Origin: an uncultured bacterium
GTDB lineage: Bacteria > Planctomycetota > UBA1135 > GCA-002686595
DNA: 64,000 nucleotides
Assembly (NCBI GenBank): GCA_943787795.1
Contig: CALSNU010000001.1
Location: 96,001-160,000 of the forward strand
Reading direction: 5' to 3'
Each line of letters begins with the position of its first letter. Within the stretch, counting starts at the first letter, position 1. The position numbers and the translations under genes were made by a program. This document shows positions 43,840 to 53,698 of this stretch, one piece after another. The notes under the pieces are model-generated. The model saw only the letters and a program-made list of their open reading frames with translations, did no database searches and was not told the DNA's origin.

Positions 43840-46740
43840 ATGTTCATCGCACCCATCGTCGCCTTCTCCGCGCTCGCGATCTCCCAGAGCGAGGCCCCCG
43901 AGGAGCTGGTCCTTCAGGCGCACGCGCCCATTCAGCTCGGCGATGACCCCGCCAACCAGTGGACAGAGCCCTTCTTCCCAGGCGCGACCTACGACGCCTC
44001 GGTGGCCCGTCCAGAGGACTTCCTGGGGCAACCTGTGGGGAGCCGACTGGCGAGCCATGACGAGATGCTGCGCATCCTCGGCGCCATCGCGGCGTCCAGC
44101 GACCGCGTGACCATGGAGCGGTACGGCCAGACCTACGAGGGGCGCCCCCTGGTGACGCTCGTGATCACGTCACCGCGCAATCACGCGCGCATGGATCAGA
44201 TCCGGGCCACCGCGCGCGCTCTCTGGGATCCGCAGGAGGCCGGTGACACGCTCGACTCCAGGCTCGCGGATCAGCCAGCGGTAGCTTGGATGGGGTACGG
44301 CATCCATGGCGACGAGACCTCGGCCTCGGAGGCGTCGCTCCCCGTCGCCTATCACCTCGCGGCCTGCACAGGCGAGGAGGTCGCCGCGATACTGGAGGAG
44401 ACGGTCGTGGTCCTCGATCCCTGCCTGAATCCCGACGGGCGGGAGCGGATCCGCTCCATGGTCCTGCAGACAACGGGCTATCGGGCGAACCTGGACGACG
44501 GAGCAATGCAGCGCGGCCGATGGCCGAACGGGCGGGGTAACCACTACCTGTTCGACATGAACCGGGACTGGATGGCGGGGGAGACGCCGGAGACGCGCGC
44601 CCGCTGGGCGCGACTCCTTGATCTGCCGCCCCAGCTCTTCGTGGACGCGCACGAGATGAGCGGGCTCGACACCTTTCTCTTCTATCCCCAGAGCGCGCCG
44701 CGGAACGCCCACCTGCCCGAGCGGCTCCTCCACTGGCAGGGCGTCCTGGCCGACGACGCAGCCCTGGTCTTTGACGGCTACGGGTGGGGTTACTACACGC
44801 GTGAGTGGGCCGACGCCCTCTATCCGGGCTACTCGGACTCCTGGGGCAGCCTCACCGGCGCGATCGGCATGCTCTACGAGCAGGGCCGGACCATCGGCGC
44901 GCCCCTCCAGCGTGAGTCCGGCGAGATTGTCTCCTACCGCGAGACCGTGCACGGCCAGGTGGCCGCGAGCCTCGCGAACCTCAAGACCTTCGCGGCCAAC
45001 CGCGAGGAGATCCTGCGCGACTACGTCGACCACCGGAGGGCCGCCTGTGAGCCCGTCACCGAGCCGGGCAAGGGGGCCTATCTCGTGGTTCCATCGGCGG
45101 ACGTCGAGGTGGACGCGCGGCTGCTCCGCGCCCTGCTCTCCCAGGGGATCGAGGTCTCCGAGGCGTCGGCGGAGTTCGAGGCGACGGAGGTCACCGGCCC
45201 GCTCGGCGACCCCGAGCCCAGCCGGTCCTTCCCTGCCGGCACCTGGATCGTCCCGGCGGCTCAGCCGCAGGGTGCGATGATGAGGGCCTACCTCGAGTTT
45301 GACCCCCGCCTCGACGCTGAGTTCCTCCAGAAGGAGCGTGAGTCCATCGAGCGGGGCAAGGGCTCCAAGATCTATGACGTGACGGCGTGGTGCCTCGGTC
45401 GGCAGCTGGGCGTCGAGGGGTACTGGGCCTCGATGCCCACCGTGGAGCGGGCTCCCGCGGGGCCCCTGCGGGCCGCAGCAGGTCCGGTGGAGGACCTGGC
45501 CGGCGCCTACGCCTGGGTCGTGGACGGCGACGATCGCCGCTCGCTCCGTTTCGCCGCCAGGGCCATGGAGCTGGGCCTCCAGATCCACGTCTCGGACCGC
45601 GAATTCGAAGCGCGGGTGCGCGGCGCGGACGGCGCGGTGGAGCGGCGCCCCATGGCCCGCGGCTCGCTCTTGCTACGGCGCCACGAGAACCCCGAAGGCG
45701 TGGACGAGCTCGTCCTTCAGGCCGCGAACGGGTCGACAGCGGTCGTGTACGCGGTGGTCAGCGGCCGTGCCGTCGAGGACGGCCCAGACCTTGGCGGCGG
45801 CCACTTCTCGCTACTGGAGCGGCCGCGGGTGGCCTTGCTGTCGAACTCGCCGGTCTCGACCACGGACTTCGGGCATGTCTGGCGCTACCTCGATGAGGAC
45901 CTGGGCATGCCGGTCACGCTCGTGGACGCACAGCGTCCAGGGAGCGTCGATCTCGACAAGTACAGCGTCTTCATCCTGCCGCCGGGAGCGGGCGGCTTTG
46001 CTCGGGAACGCGCCGAGGACCTCGAGCGTTGGACCCGCGCTGGGGGGAACCTGATCGCGATCGGGAGCTCGGCGACGGCGCTGGCGGATCCAGACCTCGG
46101 CCTGTCGGAGAACCGGCTTCGCCGCGATGTCCTGGAAGGTCTGGAGGAGTACGCCTGGCGGACGGAGCGAGAGCGCAAGTCCATGCGCGTTGAGGTGGAC
46201 GTTGAGGAGCTCTATGGCTCGCCGCAGGAACCGGACGGGTGGGCTCCGATCGTCCGCGTGGACGTCGGTCGGCCAGAGGGTGAGCCTGCGCCCGAGCCCA
46301 AGCCCGAGCAGGGCGAGGCAGAGGGATCAGCGCAGGGCGAGGCAGAGGAAGACGCCTCCAACCCCGAAGCGCTGGATCGCTGGCGCCGGAGCTTCTCCCC
46401 CGCAGGCGTCATCCTCCGCGCCGAGGTGAACCCCGAGTCCTGGCTGACAGCCGGGGTGAGCGGGGAGGAGATGGCGGTGCTCTTCTCCGGGCCCAGCGTG
46501 CTCATGAGCTCCGTGCGCCCCGCGCTCCGCATGGCCCCCGAGAGCCGGCTGCGTATCGGTGGCTTGCTCTGGCCCGAGGCGCGAGCCCGCATCGCGGATA
46601 GTGCCTGGTTGACCTCTGAACGCCTCGGCGAGGGCAAGGTCATCAGCTTTGCGATTTCGCCGGTGTACCGGGGTTCCTGGCGGTCGACCGGCCGATTGCT
46701 GGGGAACGCCGTGGTGCTCGGAAAGGGCGCTGGGGGCTGA
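43840..46740 (+). CDS. Secreted M14 family zinc carboxypeptidase
   Basis: Signal peptide; YGQTYEGRPL, IHGDE, LNPDGRER, RGNHYLFDMNRDW, DAHEM; C-terminal glutamine-amidotransferase-like segment. Confidence 0.92.
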   Translation: MFIAPIVAFSALAISQSEAPEELVLQAHAPIQLGDDPANQWTEPFFPGATYDASVARPEDFLGQPVGSRLASHDEMLRILGAIAASSDRVTMERYGQTYEGRPLVTLVITSPRNHARMDQIRATARALWDPQEAGDTLDSRLADQPAVAWMGYGIHGDETSASEASLPVAYHLAACTGEEVAAILEETVVVLDPCLNPDGRERIRSMVLQTTGYRANLDDGAMQRGRWPNGRGNHYLFDMNRDWMAGETPETRARWARLLDLPPQLFVDAHEMSGLDTFLFYPQSAPRNAHLPERLLHWQGVLADDAALVFDGYGWGYYTREWADALYPGYSDSWGSLTGAIGMLYEQGRTIGAPLQRESGEIVSYRETVHGQVAASLANLKTFAANREEILRDYVDHRRAACEPVTEPGKGAYLVVPSADVEVDARLLRALLSQGIEVSEASAEFEATEVTGPLGDPEPSRSFPAGTWIVPAAQPQGAMMRAYLEFDPRLDAEFLQKERESIERGKGSKIYDVTAWCLGRQLGVEGYWASMPTVERAPAGPLRAAAGPVEDLAGAYAWVVDGDDRRSLRFAARAMELGLQIHVSDREFEARVRGADGAVERRPMARGSLLLRRHENPEGVDELVLQAANGSTAVVYAVVSGRAVEDGPDLGGGHFSLLERPRVALLSNSPVSTTDFGHVWRYLDEDLGMPVTLVDAQRPGSVDLDKYSVFILPPGAGGFARERAEDLERWTRAGGNLIAIGSSATALADPDLGLSENRLRRDVLEGLEEYAWRTERERKSMRVEVDVEELYGSPQEPDGWAPIVRVDVGRPEGEPAPEPKPEQGEAEGSAQGEAEEDASNPEALDRWRRSFSPAGVILRAEVNPESWLTAGVSGEEMAVLFSGPSVLMSSVRPALRMAPESRLRIGGLLWPEARARIADSAWLTSERLGEGKVISFAISPVYRGSWRSTGRLLGNAVVLGKGAGG

Positions 46741-47010
46741 CGTTCGGCCACGCGAGGGGTCGTGGCTGTTGGCCCGCCTTCGTCGACTCCGCGGAATCAG
46801 CGCCCCCTGTACTCGCTCCTGCGGGTGGGCGTCGGGCAGTACGGCGCCGTAAGGGCCCGTCGCTTCGTCCTGAGCCTCACTTGGCGCAAACGCCGCCCAA
46901 CGTGAGGCTCGCGTAACGGGGACGCCCAGCGGTCCGGTAACCGCGACGAGTCGCTTCAATTCGCCGCCGCCGGATCTCATACTCCAGAGGCGCTCCGCAC
47001 GCGTCGCCCC

Positions 47011-48594
47011 TTGCCTAACCCATCTCACGAGTCCCCCCAGGGGACGTTGGACCACCTCCTCAAGGTCTGCTTGAAGGACGCCGCCACGAGTCGAAAGACC
47101 CGTGAAGCCCTCCGGTCGCTGTGCGTCTACCTGTCGACAGAACTCGACGCGCTGGAAGGTGAGCAAGCGGCTCCGCACGGCGTCCTGACCCCGGCGGCCC
47201 GAGGAAAGGTCGCCGCCCCGGTGTCCGCGGAGGGCGGGGCGCTGACCGATGGGCTCGCGATGGTGTTGAAGCGGACGAGGTGGAAGGCGGCTGCCTGCCG
47301 CGTCTCCGTCGAGCGCCAGGCGCTGGGTCATCTGGAAGGAGGGGAGCGAGTCGCGGCAGCGGCGCTGCTCGCGCAGAGGGAGCGCGGCCTCCGTGAGTCC
47401 TTGGCGGGGCTCCGGGACACGATCCCCTGGATGCTCGATCAACCCTTCGGGGTCCGGGCGAATCAGGAGACGGCGTTCGATGTGCCGGACGAGGCGGCAG
47501 CCAAGCTCGCCGTCGTCGCGGACTGCTATGAGACGCTGGCGATGGCCGTGGAGAAGGCCGGAGAGCTCGAAGCAGCGGGGATCTTCCAAGAGGGACCTCC
47601 GCGCGCCTTCCTGTACCTCCTCGCAGAGGCCCAATCGGCGCTTCTCTCGTCGATCGCGGAGGCGCCCGTCCGGAGCGATACCGATCAGCGCGAAGTCTTC
47701 CTCTGGCTCAAGGAGCAGACAACCCGGTTCCGGATCTACGTCGACCGGCACATGCGGTTGGACGACCTCGCTGCCTGTGATCAATCCGCAGACCTTCGCA
47801 TGAGGATCTCGAAGCTCTCGGACGAGCTCGCGCGCGACCGCAAGGATCGACGTCAACGGGGCCAACTGCTGAACAAGGTCCGCTACCACGTGGACAAGCT
47901 CCTGAACGCAGGCGGCGCAACGCGTTCGGAGGCCGACTCGCTTCAGGTGGCGCTCAAGGGCTGGGTTGGGGCCGGCCTTGATCGGTCGGATCGCGCTTTG
48001 ACCGAGGCGCTCCAAGGGCTCCGCGAGAAGGTCAACGAGGTCGAGGACGACGTCGCCGAGGTCCTCCGGGGGATCCTGCGCCCCGGCCGGGTTCAGCCAC
48101 CGAGCGGCTCCAGCCCCGACGGATCGGACGGTCACGGCGGATCGGACGGTCACGGCGGCTCTGACGGTCACGCCAGCTCCGACGGTCACGAGAGGGCGGA
48201 TCGGCAGTCCCGGTCACTGGATGAGGTTCGAGAGCTGCTTCCGGGCATGCGGGTCGTCCTCTTGGCGCCGCCCACGAGTCCGGTCGACGCGGAAGCGCTC
48301 GCCGCGGAGCTCGGAGCGAAGCAGCTTGACGTGCTTAAGGTCGACGTGGACGGCCCCGGGAAGGAGCGGAGCGAGACCCTGAAGGGCGCACTCGCAGATG
48401 ACGGTTCGCGGCTCTTCCTGCTGGGGGTCCGTCTTGACGCCGAGGAGTACAACGGGTTCAAGGCAAGCTGCCTGGAGCAGAAGCTGGCGTTCGTGCGTCT
48501 TCCAGGACCGCTCAGCGCGACGGCGATCGCGCACCAGGTGATGCGGCAGGTCGGCTGGCGGCTGCGCTCCCAGCTGGAAGAGACCGCGAGCTAG
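47011..48594 (+). CDS. Hypothetical helical protein with a GSDGHG repeat linker and a C-terminal alpha/beta (possibly DUF2325-like) domain
   Basis: Long ORF with normal composition filling a 1.6-kb gap. TTG start uncertain. Confidence 0.7.
   Translation: MPNPSHESPQGTLDHLLKVCLKDAATSRKTREALRSLCVYLSTELDALEGEQAAPHGVLTPAARGKVAAPVSAEGGALTDGLAMVLKRTRWKAAACRVSVERQALGHLEGGERVAAAALLAQRERGLRESLAGLRDTIPWMLDQPFGVRANQETAFDVPDEAAAKLAVVADCYETLAMAVEKAGELEAAGIFQEGPPRAFLYLLAEAQSALLSSIAEAPVRSDTDQREVFLWLKEQTTRFRIYVDRHMRLDDLAACDQSADLRMRISKLSDELARDRKDRRQRGQLLNKVRYHVDKLLNAGGATRSEADSLQVALKGWVGAGLDRSDRALTEALQGLREKVNEVEDDVAEVLRGILRPGRVQPPSGSSPDGSDGHGGSDGHGGSDGHASSDGHERADRQSRSLDEVRELLPGMRVVLLAPPTSPVDAEALAAELGAKQLDVLKVDVDGPGKERSETLKGALADDGSRLFLLGVRLDAEEYNGFKASCLEQKLAFVRLPGPLSATAIAHQVMRQVGWRLRSQLEETAS
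48121..48192 (+). repeat. In-frame 18-bp tandem repeat x4 (GSDGHG)
   Basis: ggatcggacggtcacggc x2, ggctctgacggtcacgcc, agctccgacggtcacgag. Confidence 0.85.
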
Positions 48595-48637
48595 GGCTCT
48601 GCTTCTTCAAGAAGCCGGCGCTGGGTCTTCACGAAGC

Positions 48638-48681
48638 CCGATGCCGGTTCGCCAGGAAAGCCGATGCCGGTTCGCCAGGAA
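48638..48681. repeat. 21-bp direct repeat x2 (23-bp period), intergenic
   Basis: ccgatgccggttcgccaggaa at 48638 and 48661. Confidence 0.8.
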
Positions 48682-49045
48682 GCAGGATGACGGAGTGAGG
48701 GACTCCCAGGCGGCGATCGATCGCGCGGCGATGGCCAGGGCCGCGGGGTCTCCCTGACCTCAGTTCCCTCCCTGCCCGGCCCCAGGCGTTCATACGGGAG
48801 TCAGGCTCTCTCTCGACGTCCGCGCCACCCTCCAAGGCGGGCCGGTCCACCCGAGGCGGCAGCGCAGCGTCGGTCGGCACGCTCCAGAAGCCGCATGGGC
48901 CGGGGGGGCGTTTCTGGGACTCCAGGTCGCCTGGTGGAGTGGATTTGAGACAGCGCCGGGCTTGTGGTGATTGGCACAGGAGTCGAAGCCCTGCCAGGGA
49001 CGATCCCTCCCGAGCGGCGCGGCACCATCGTGCGGTCGTTGAACG

Positions 49046-49630
49046 ATGGGTGTCCTGTCTCGAATCTCAACGGCCTTGTTGCTCTCGGGCAGCATCGCGC
49101 TGACGGCCTGCAGCACCCCGGGGGTGCGCGCGGTGAGAGATGTGGAACCTGGCTTCATCGGGTACGAGCTCCTCCCGTCGGGGCGCACCGACGCGCGGAC
49201 ATTCTCGGCCGAGGAGCTCAATGCGGTGGTGGAGAGCTCCTTCCAGGGCGTCCCTGTTCACCTCTTCTTGAGTGCGCATCGCGCCGAACATCAAGCCAGG
49301 CAAGTCCTGGCTCAGCACAGCACGGAGGAGCCCTCGGTTGCAGCCTGGGGGTCCCCCGGCGCAGGCCCGGGAAGCTGGCCGCTGGAGATCGACCTCGGGG
49401 TGGGAGAGTTCCCGCTGGATGACGGGATGCACCCCGTGAACTGCGGCCCCAGCGACAGCTCTGGTTTCTCCAGCAGCCTGGTGCGCCTCACGTGGAGGGA
49501 GCCCCTCGTGGGTGCCTTCGGGATTCACGGGTCAGCTGCGTTGGCGAGAACCCAGGAGGAGCCGCTCCTCGAGATGCTCGCCGCAGCTCGTCTGTCGTGG
49601 TTCACACTGGGGTTCCACACCTCATTTTGA
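49046..49630 (+). CDS. Hypothetical lipoprotein
   Basis: Signal peptide with LTAC lipobox; ends in aromatic beta-strand-like WFTLGFHTSF. Confidence 0.55.
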   Translation: MGVLSRISTALLLSGSIALTACSTPGVRAVRDVEPGFIGYELLPSGRTDARTFSAEELNAVVESSFQGVPVHLFLSAHRAEHQARQVLAQHSTEEPSVAAWGSPGAGPGSWPLEIDLGVGEFPLDDGMHPVNCGPSDSSGFSSSLVRLTWREPLVGAFGIHGSAALARTQEEPLLEMLAAARLSWFTLGFHTSF

Positions 49631-49829
49631 GACCGCCATCCGCGCAGCGAGCGCGCAGGGCGTGGGGTGCCCTGGGAGGCGGATCGGTCCGTCAACGGAT
49701 GAGCCCAGGTTGCCATGGACTGTCGGGGAAATGCCCTAAGGACTCCAGCCCTCGAAGGGAGGGCGTCGATAGTTCTCAACGTCCGGGAGGCGCTTCGGCG
49801 CCAGTTCGCCCCTGATCCGTCTGCCCATC

Positions 49830-50585
49830 ATGTCTGATCCCACAACGTCACTCCGCGACCAGCTCCGAGAGTTGGAGCGATCGTTCATCGCCTTCGAGAA
49901 GGGCGAGCATGAGCGTCTATACGGGTCCAGAGATGCTCTGGTCGCGCTCTCCGAGTCGGTCCTGGCTGAGGGATGGGCACCGCTCTCCGACCTCTGTCAG
50001 CTCGCCAGCCGTCTGATCGGCGTGGTCCTCATGGAGCGCGGGCTGACTGAGGTCCGTGCGGTCGAGTTTGTCCGCGAGATCATGGAGTTCGTCGAGCGGC
50101 AAATCGCAGAGGAGAAGCGCTCGGCCGGCTCAGCCGAGCCTGGCGGCGTCTTCCACGTGGTCAACAGCCAGCGTATCGGGGACCACCTCATGGCCATGGG
50201 CCTGGTCACCAAGGCCGACCTCGACAAGGCGCTGGTGCTCCAGCGTGTGCGGAAGGGGCGTCGGGTTGGCGAGGTGCTGGTGGCCATGAACGTCATCGAT
50301 CGGAAGACGCTGGATCTGGTCCTGGACGAGCAGCGGAAGGAGACCCGGCTCGAGGAGTCGAGGCGCGTGCCGGAGAGGTCAGAGGCGCCTGCTCCGCGCC
50401 GGAAGATCGACTTCTTCGACCAGACGGCAGGAGACACCGTGATCCCGCCGCTGCCCTCTTCCGGAGAATTCACACCAGCGACCGAAGAGACCGTCAACCT
50501 CGATGCCCAGCGCGACTTCTGGGACCGAAAGCCGGTTGAGCGTCGCAGCGATCGAGACTGGGGCGGGGAACGTCGCTCCAAGTAG
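49830..50585 (+). CDS. Protein with an MshEN-like (c-di-GMP-binding) tandem motif
   Basis: RIGDHLMAMGLVTKADLDKALVLQ followed by RVGEVLVAMNVIDRKTLDLVLDEQ, matching RLGxxLxxxGLVxxxxLxxxLxxQ twice. Confidence 0.75.
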   Translation: MSDPTTSLRDQLRELERSFIAFEKGEHERLYGSRDALVALSESVLAEGWAPLSDLCQLASRLIGVVLMERGLTEVRAVEFVREIMEFVERQIAEEKRSAGSAEPGGVFHVVNSQRIGDHLMAMGLVTKADLDKALVLQRVRKGRRVGEVLVAMNVIDRKTLDLVLDEQRKETRLEESRRVPERSEAPAPRRKIDFFDQTAGDTVIPPLPSSGEFTPATEETVNLDAQRDFWDRKPVERRSDRDWGGERRSK

Positions 50586-50624
50586 CGCGATTCCGGTCCG
50601 CAAACCCCAATCACTCCCCTGACC

Positions 50625-51377
50625 ATGCTCTGGCGATTGTTCAGCAAGTCAAAGGCGATCCCCGACCGATCCCAATACCGATCGGCGCCCTCCCGCGCCG
50701 ACGGGGTCGGGGTGCAGATCGCGCTGGGGAACGGGGTCCCGATTTCGGGTCGCTTGATCAACATGTCCGCGGGAGGAGCTGCCATCGACTTCGACGAGGG
50801 CGTGGAGGCTGACCTCGTGCTGGACGCCGTCAGGACGATCACCTTCTCTTCGCTCTCCTCGACGCCGCTGCGGATCTCCGCCGTCGTGCGCTCGCTCCCG
50901 TCCTCGGCCGAACCGAACCGATACGGCTTCCAGTTCGTGGACGAGGTTCAGGTCGACAAGGAGGAGCACGCGGGCTTCCTGCGCCTCTTCAACCGCCGCA
51001 GGGATCGCCGCGCCCGTCCGGGTCTGGATGAGCGGCTTGGAGGGCAGATCATCGTGAACGGGCTGTCGTACGACGTCCTCCTGCACGACATCTCCGTGGG
51101 TGGTGCGTGCATTCGAGTACCGCAGGACCTACACGTGTCGACCGGCGCCGAGTTTGAATTCCGGTTCTCGGTCCCCAAGACGAACCACCTGATCGTCTGT
51201 CTCGCCGAGGTGAGGAGCGTCCACACGGACGCGTCCGGTACCCGTCTGGGCCTGGCCACGGCCGTCGTGCCCGAGTCGGACTCCAAGCGGAACCTGGATC
51301 GTGCCCAGGCGGCCCTCGCCGACTACATCGAGCGGCGCGTGACCGAGATGGAGCGCTACAACAGCGCCTTCGAATAG
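50625..51377 (+). CDS. Tandem PilZ domain protein
   Basis: RSQYR...NMSAGG and RRDRR...DISVGG: RxxxR plus (D/N)xSxxG in both halves. Confidence 0.85.
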   Translation: MLWRLFSKSKAIPDRSQYRSAPSRADGVGVQIALGNGVPISGRLINMSAGGAAIDFDEGVEADLVLDAVRTITFSSLSSTPLRISAVVRSLPSSAEPNRYGFQFVDEVQVDKEEHAGFLRLFNRRRDRRARPGLDERLGGQIIVNGLSYDVLLHDISVGGACIRVPQDLHVSTGAEFEFRFSVPKTNHLIVCLAEVRSVHTDASGTRLGLATAVVPESDSKRNLDRAQAALADYIERRVTEMERYNSAFE

Positions 51378-51423
51378 GGTCCAATAGCGACAGATCGTCC
51401 CGAGCGATCTGGAGGACCTGCTG

Positions 51424-52263
51424 GTGTTTGATCTCGACGGACTGGAGGTGAGCGGCGTCTCCGTGGGGGGGGTCGCGTCCTGCGTTGACCTGCCCGGCCT
51501 GAAGAGCTGCGTGGACCTCGGCGTCATCCTGGACCGCACCGTGGCGCGGGATGTGGTGCTGATCACGCACGCCCATGCGGATCACCTGGGCTCGCTCGTG
51601 CAGCACGTGGCCCAGCGAGGCCTCCGCGGGATGGCACCAGCCACCTACGTGGTGCCTCCGGGGATCGAGGGCGACGTGGAGGCCCTCCTGGAGATCTGGC
51701 GACGACTGGACGGTGGTGAGCTCGCGGCGACGATCCGGCCGCTCCCCCCCGGCAAAGCGCTCCAGCTCCGCCCAGACCTGCAGGTGCGCCCCTTCGCCAC
51801 TGCCCATCGAGTCCCGAGCCAGGGCTACCTCTTCGAGCGCGTGGGCAAGCGCCTCGCCGACGCGCTCTCGGGCGCCAGCCGCGCAGAGATCCGCGAGCGC
51901 CGCGAGGCCGGGGAGCCCGTCCACCAGACGGTGATCGATCCCGTCCTCGCGATCACGGGTGACACCTCGATCGCAGGTCTGAGCGATCACCCCGAGGTGA
52001 TGGCGGCCCCGCGCCTGGTGGTCGAGGCCACGTTTCTGGACGACCGGGTAACCCCTGCGCGAGCGGCAGAGTTCGGTCACATCCACCTGGACCAGCTCGC
52101 CGCGCTGGCCGACCAGCTCACCTGCGGGCACCTGCTGATCAACCACGTCTCGGCGCGGCACAGCCCCGCCGAGGCGCGCAAGCTCGTGGCCGAGCGTCTG
52201 CCCGCGGAGCTCGCGGCCCGCACGCAGGTCATGGTGTCCCGCATCCGCCCGAGCGCGGGGTGA
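51424..52263 (+). CDS. Metallo-beta-lactamase fold nuclease (short RNase Z-like)
   Basis: ITHAHADHLG, HRVPSQGY, ITGDT, EATFL, GHIHLD, NHVSARH. Confidence 0.8.
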   Translation: MFDLDGLEVSGVSVGGVASCVDLPGLKSCVDLGVILDRTVARDVVLITHAHADHLGSLVQHVAQRGLRGMAPATYVVPPGIEGDVEALLEIWRRLDGGELAATIRPLPPGKALQLRPDLQVRPFATAHRVPSQGYLFERVGKRLADALSGASRAEIRERREAGEPVHQTVIDPVLAITGDTSIAGLSDHPEVMAAPRLVVEATFLDDRVTPARAAEFGHIHLDQLAALADQLTCGHLLINHVSARHSPAEARKLVAERLPAELAARTQVMVSRIRPSAG

Positions 52264-52266
52264 TCC

Positions 52267-52881
52267 TCAGGGCTTCGGCCGGGTGGCCCAGTTGGGGCGC
52301 GGCGGAGCCTGGTAGGCCTCCATGGCGTCCAGGATCCCGTCGAGGGTCGGGTCCGCGACCAGCAGATCTCGGTGCTCGGGCCTGAGGAGGCCCTGGGTGA
52401 CGACGTGGTCGAGGTGGGCGAGGATGTGGTCGTAGAAGCCCTCGTGGTTGAGGACTCCCACGGGGTGGTCGTGGATGGCGAGCTGTAGCCACGTGAGGAC
52501 CTCGAAGAACTCCTCCAGGGTTCCGTGCCCGCCGGGCAGGACGAGGAAGCCGCTGGAGAGCTCCATCATGCGGGCCTTGCGCTCGTGGAGGGTGTCCACG
52601 ATCTCAAGGTGGGTCAGGCCCTCATGGGCGACCTCCATGGCCTGGAGGCCGTAGGGCAACACCCCGAGGACCTCACCGCCGGCGTCCAGGGCCGCGTCGG
52701 CGACCTTTCCCATCAGTCCACGGTTGGCGCCGCCGTACACCACCCCGTAGCCGCGCTCGACGAGGGTGCGCCCCACGCGGGAAGCCAGCTCGGCGTACTC
52801 GGGACTGGACCCCATGGATGAGGCGCAGAAGACACAGATGCGGCGCGGGGCGGGGGTACCGTCAGAGGGGCGGGTGCTCAT
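52267..52881 (-). CDS. LOG family nucleotide 5'-monophosphate nucleosidase
   Basis: ICVFCASS, VYGG...GLMG.VA, LHERKARM, LPGGHGTLEE. TAGATT 7 nt before ATG. Confidence 0.93.
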   Translation of the reverse strand: MSTRPSDGTPAPRRICVFCASSMGSSPEYAELASRVGRTLVERGYGVVYGGANRGLMGKVADAALDAGGEVLGVLPYGLQAMEVAHEGLTHLEIVDTLHERKARMMELSSGFLVLPGGHGTLEEFFEVLTWLQLAIHDHPVGVLNHEGFYDHILAHLDHVVTQGLLRPEHRDLLVADPTLDGILDAMEAYQAPPRPNWATRPKP

Positions 52882-52947
52882 GGCCGTCAATCTAGCCGCC
52901 GGACAGCCGGGGCCCACCTCCCTCGGTTTCTTTCCGCCTGCTGGGGC

Positions 52948-52996
52948 CGAATTCAGACTCTGGGTTCGGATTCAGATGCCGGGTTCGAATTCAGAT
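52948..52996. repeat. 19-bp direct repeat x2.6 (core ATTCAGA) in a divergent promoter
   Basis: cgaattcagactctgggtt, cggattcagatgccgggtt, cgaattcagat. Confidence 0.65.
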
Positions 52997-53026
52997 CGAC
53001 GGCAGCCCGCGTCGAAGAGATAGGTG

Positions 53027-53698
53027 ATGCCCTCACGCCTCTTCGTTCTCACCGGTTGCGCTCGCTCCGGCCTGCGCTTCACCTCGCAGTCCTTGACCGC
53101 CCTCGGTGCACCCTGTGGGCACGAGGACGTCCTGAACCTGGAGAGCTTCCAGCGCAGCGGCACCCTCTTCTGGCCGTCGCGGCTGGCGGGGGACGCTTCC
53201 TGGCTCGCCGCGCCGGTGCTGGGCAAGCTGCCCGAGCGCTCGGTGATCTTCCATCAGGTGCGGCATCCGCTGGCGACGGTGCAGGGGCTCTACGCCTCCG
53301 GCTTCTTCCAGAACTCCTCCGCCCGCCGCTCCTTCGTGCAGGACTTCCTGCCGGAGACGAGGCTCGGTGGTCCTCTCGTCAGGTGCATGCGCTTCTGGCT
53401 CGAGTGGAACCGCATGGTCGAGGGCGCTGCCGATTACGACGATCTGCTCTACCACCGCTTCCTCGCCGAGGAGTTCGAGGGGGATCGCGTCAGCGAGACG
53501 GTCGCGCTTCTCGGGCTCACCCGAGACCGCTCCACGGTCCAGCGGGTCCTTGCCTCGACCCCGGGGCACGGCCAGTCGCGTGACTTCAGTCGAGCCGACT
53601 GGGATCGCCTCCCGGCGGGCAACCTCCGGGACGAGATGATGGCCGCGGCCAGCCGCTACGGCTACGGCGAGTCGGTCAAGCTCGGCGTCGGCGCCTGA
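53027..53698 (+). CDS. Sulfotransferase-like protein
   Basis: VLTGCARSG (PAPS-binding loop-like), GHE, IFHQVRHPL..V, W..WN motifs. Confidence 0.65.
   Translation: MPSRLFVLTGCARSGLRFTSQSLTALGAPCGHEDVLNLESFQRSGTLFWPSRLAGDASWLAAPVLGKLPERSVIFHQVRHPLATVQGLYASGFFQNSSARRSFVQDFLPETRLGGPLVRCMRFWLEWNRMVEGAADYDDLLYHRFLAEEFEGDRVSETVALLGLTRDRSTVQRVLASTPGHGQSRDFSRADWDRLPAGNLRDEMMAAASRYGYGESVKLGVGA

Noticed and set aside
46741..47010. Possible ncRNA (hairpins at 46840-46851 and 46872-46910)
   Set aside because: No recognisable RNA family; most simply a terminator region after the M14 gene.
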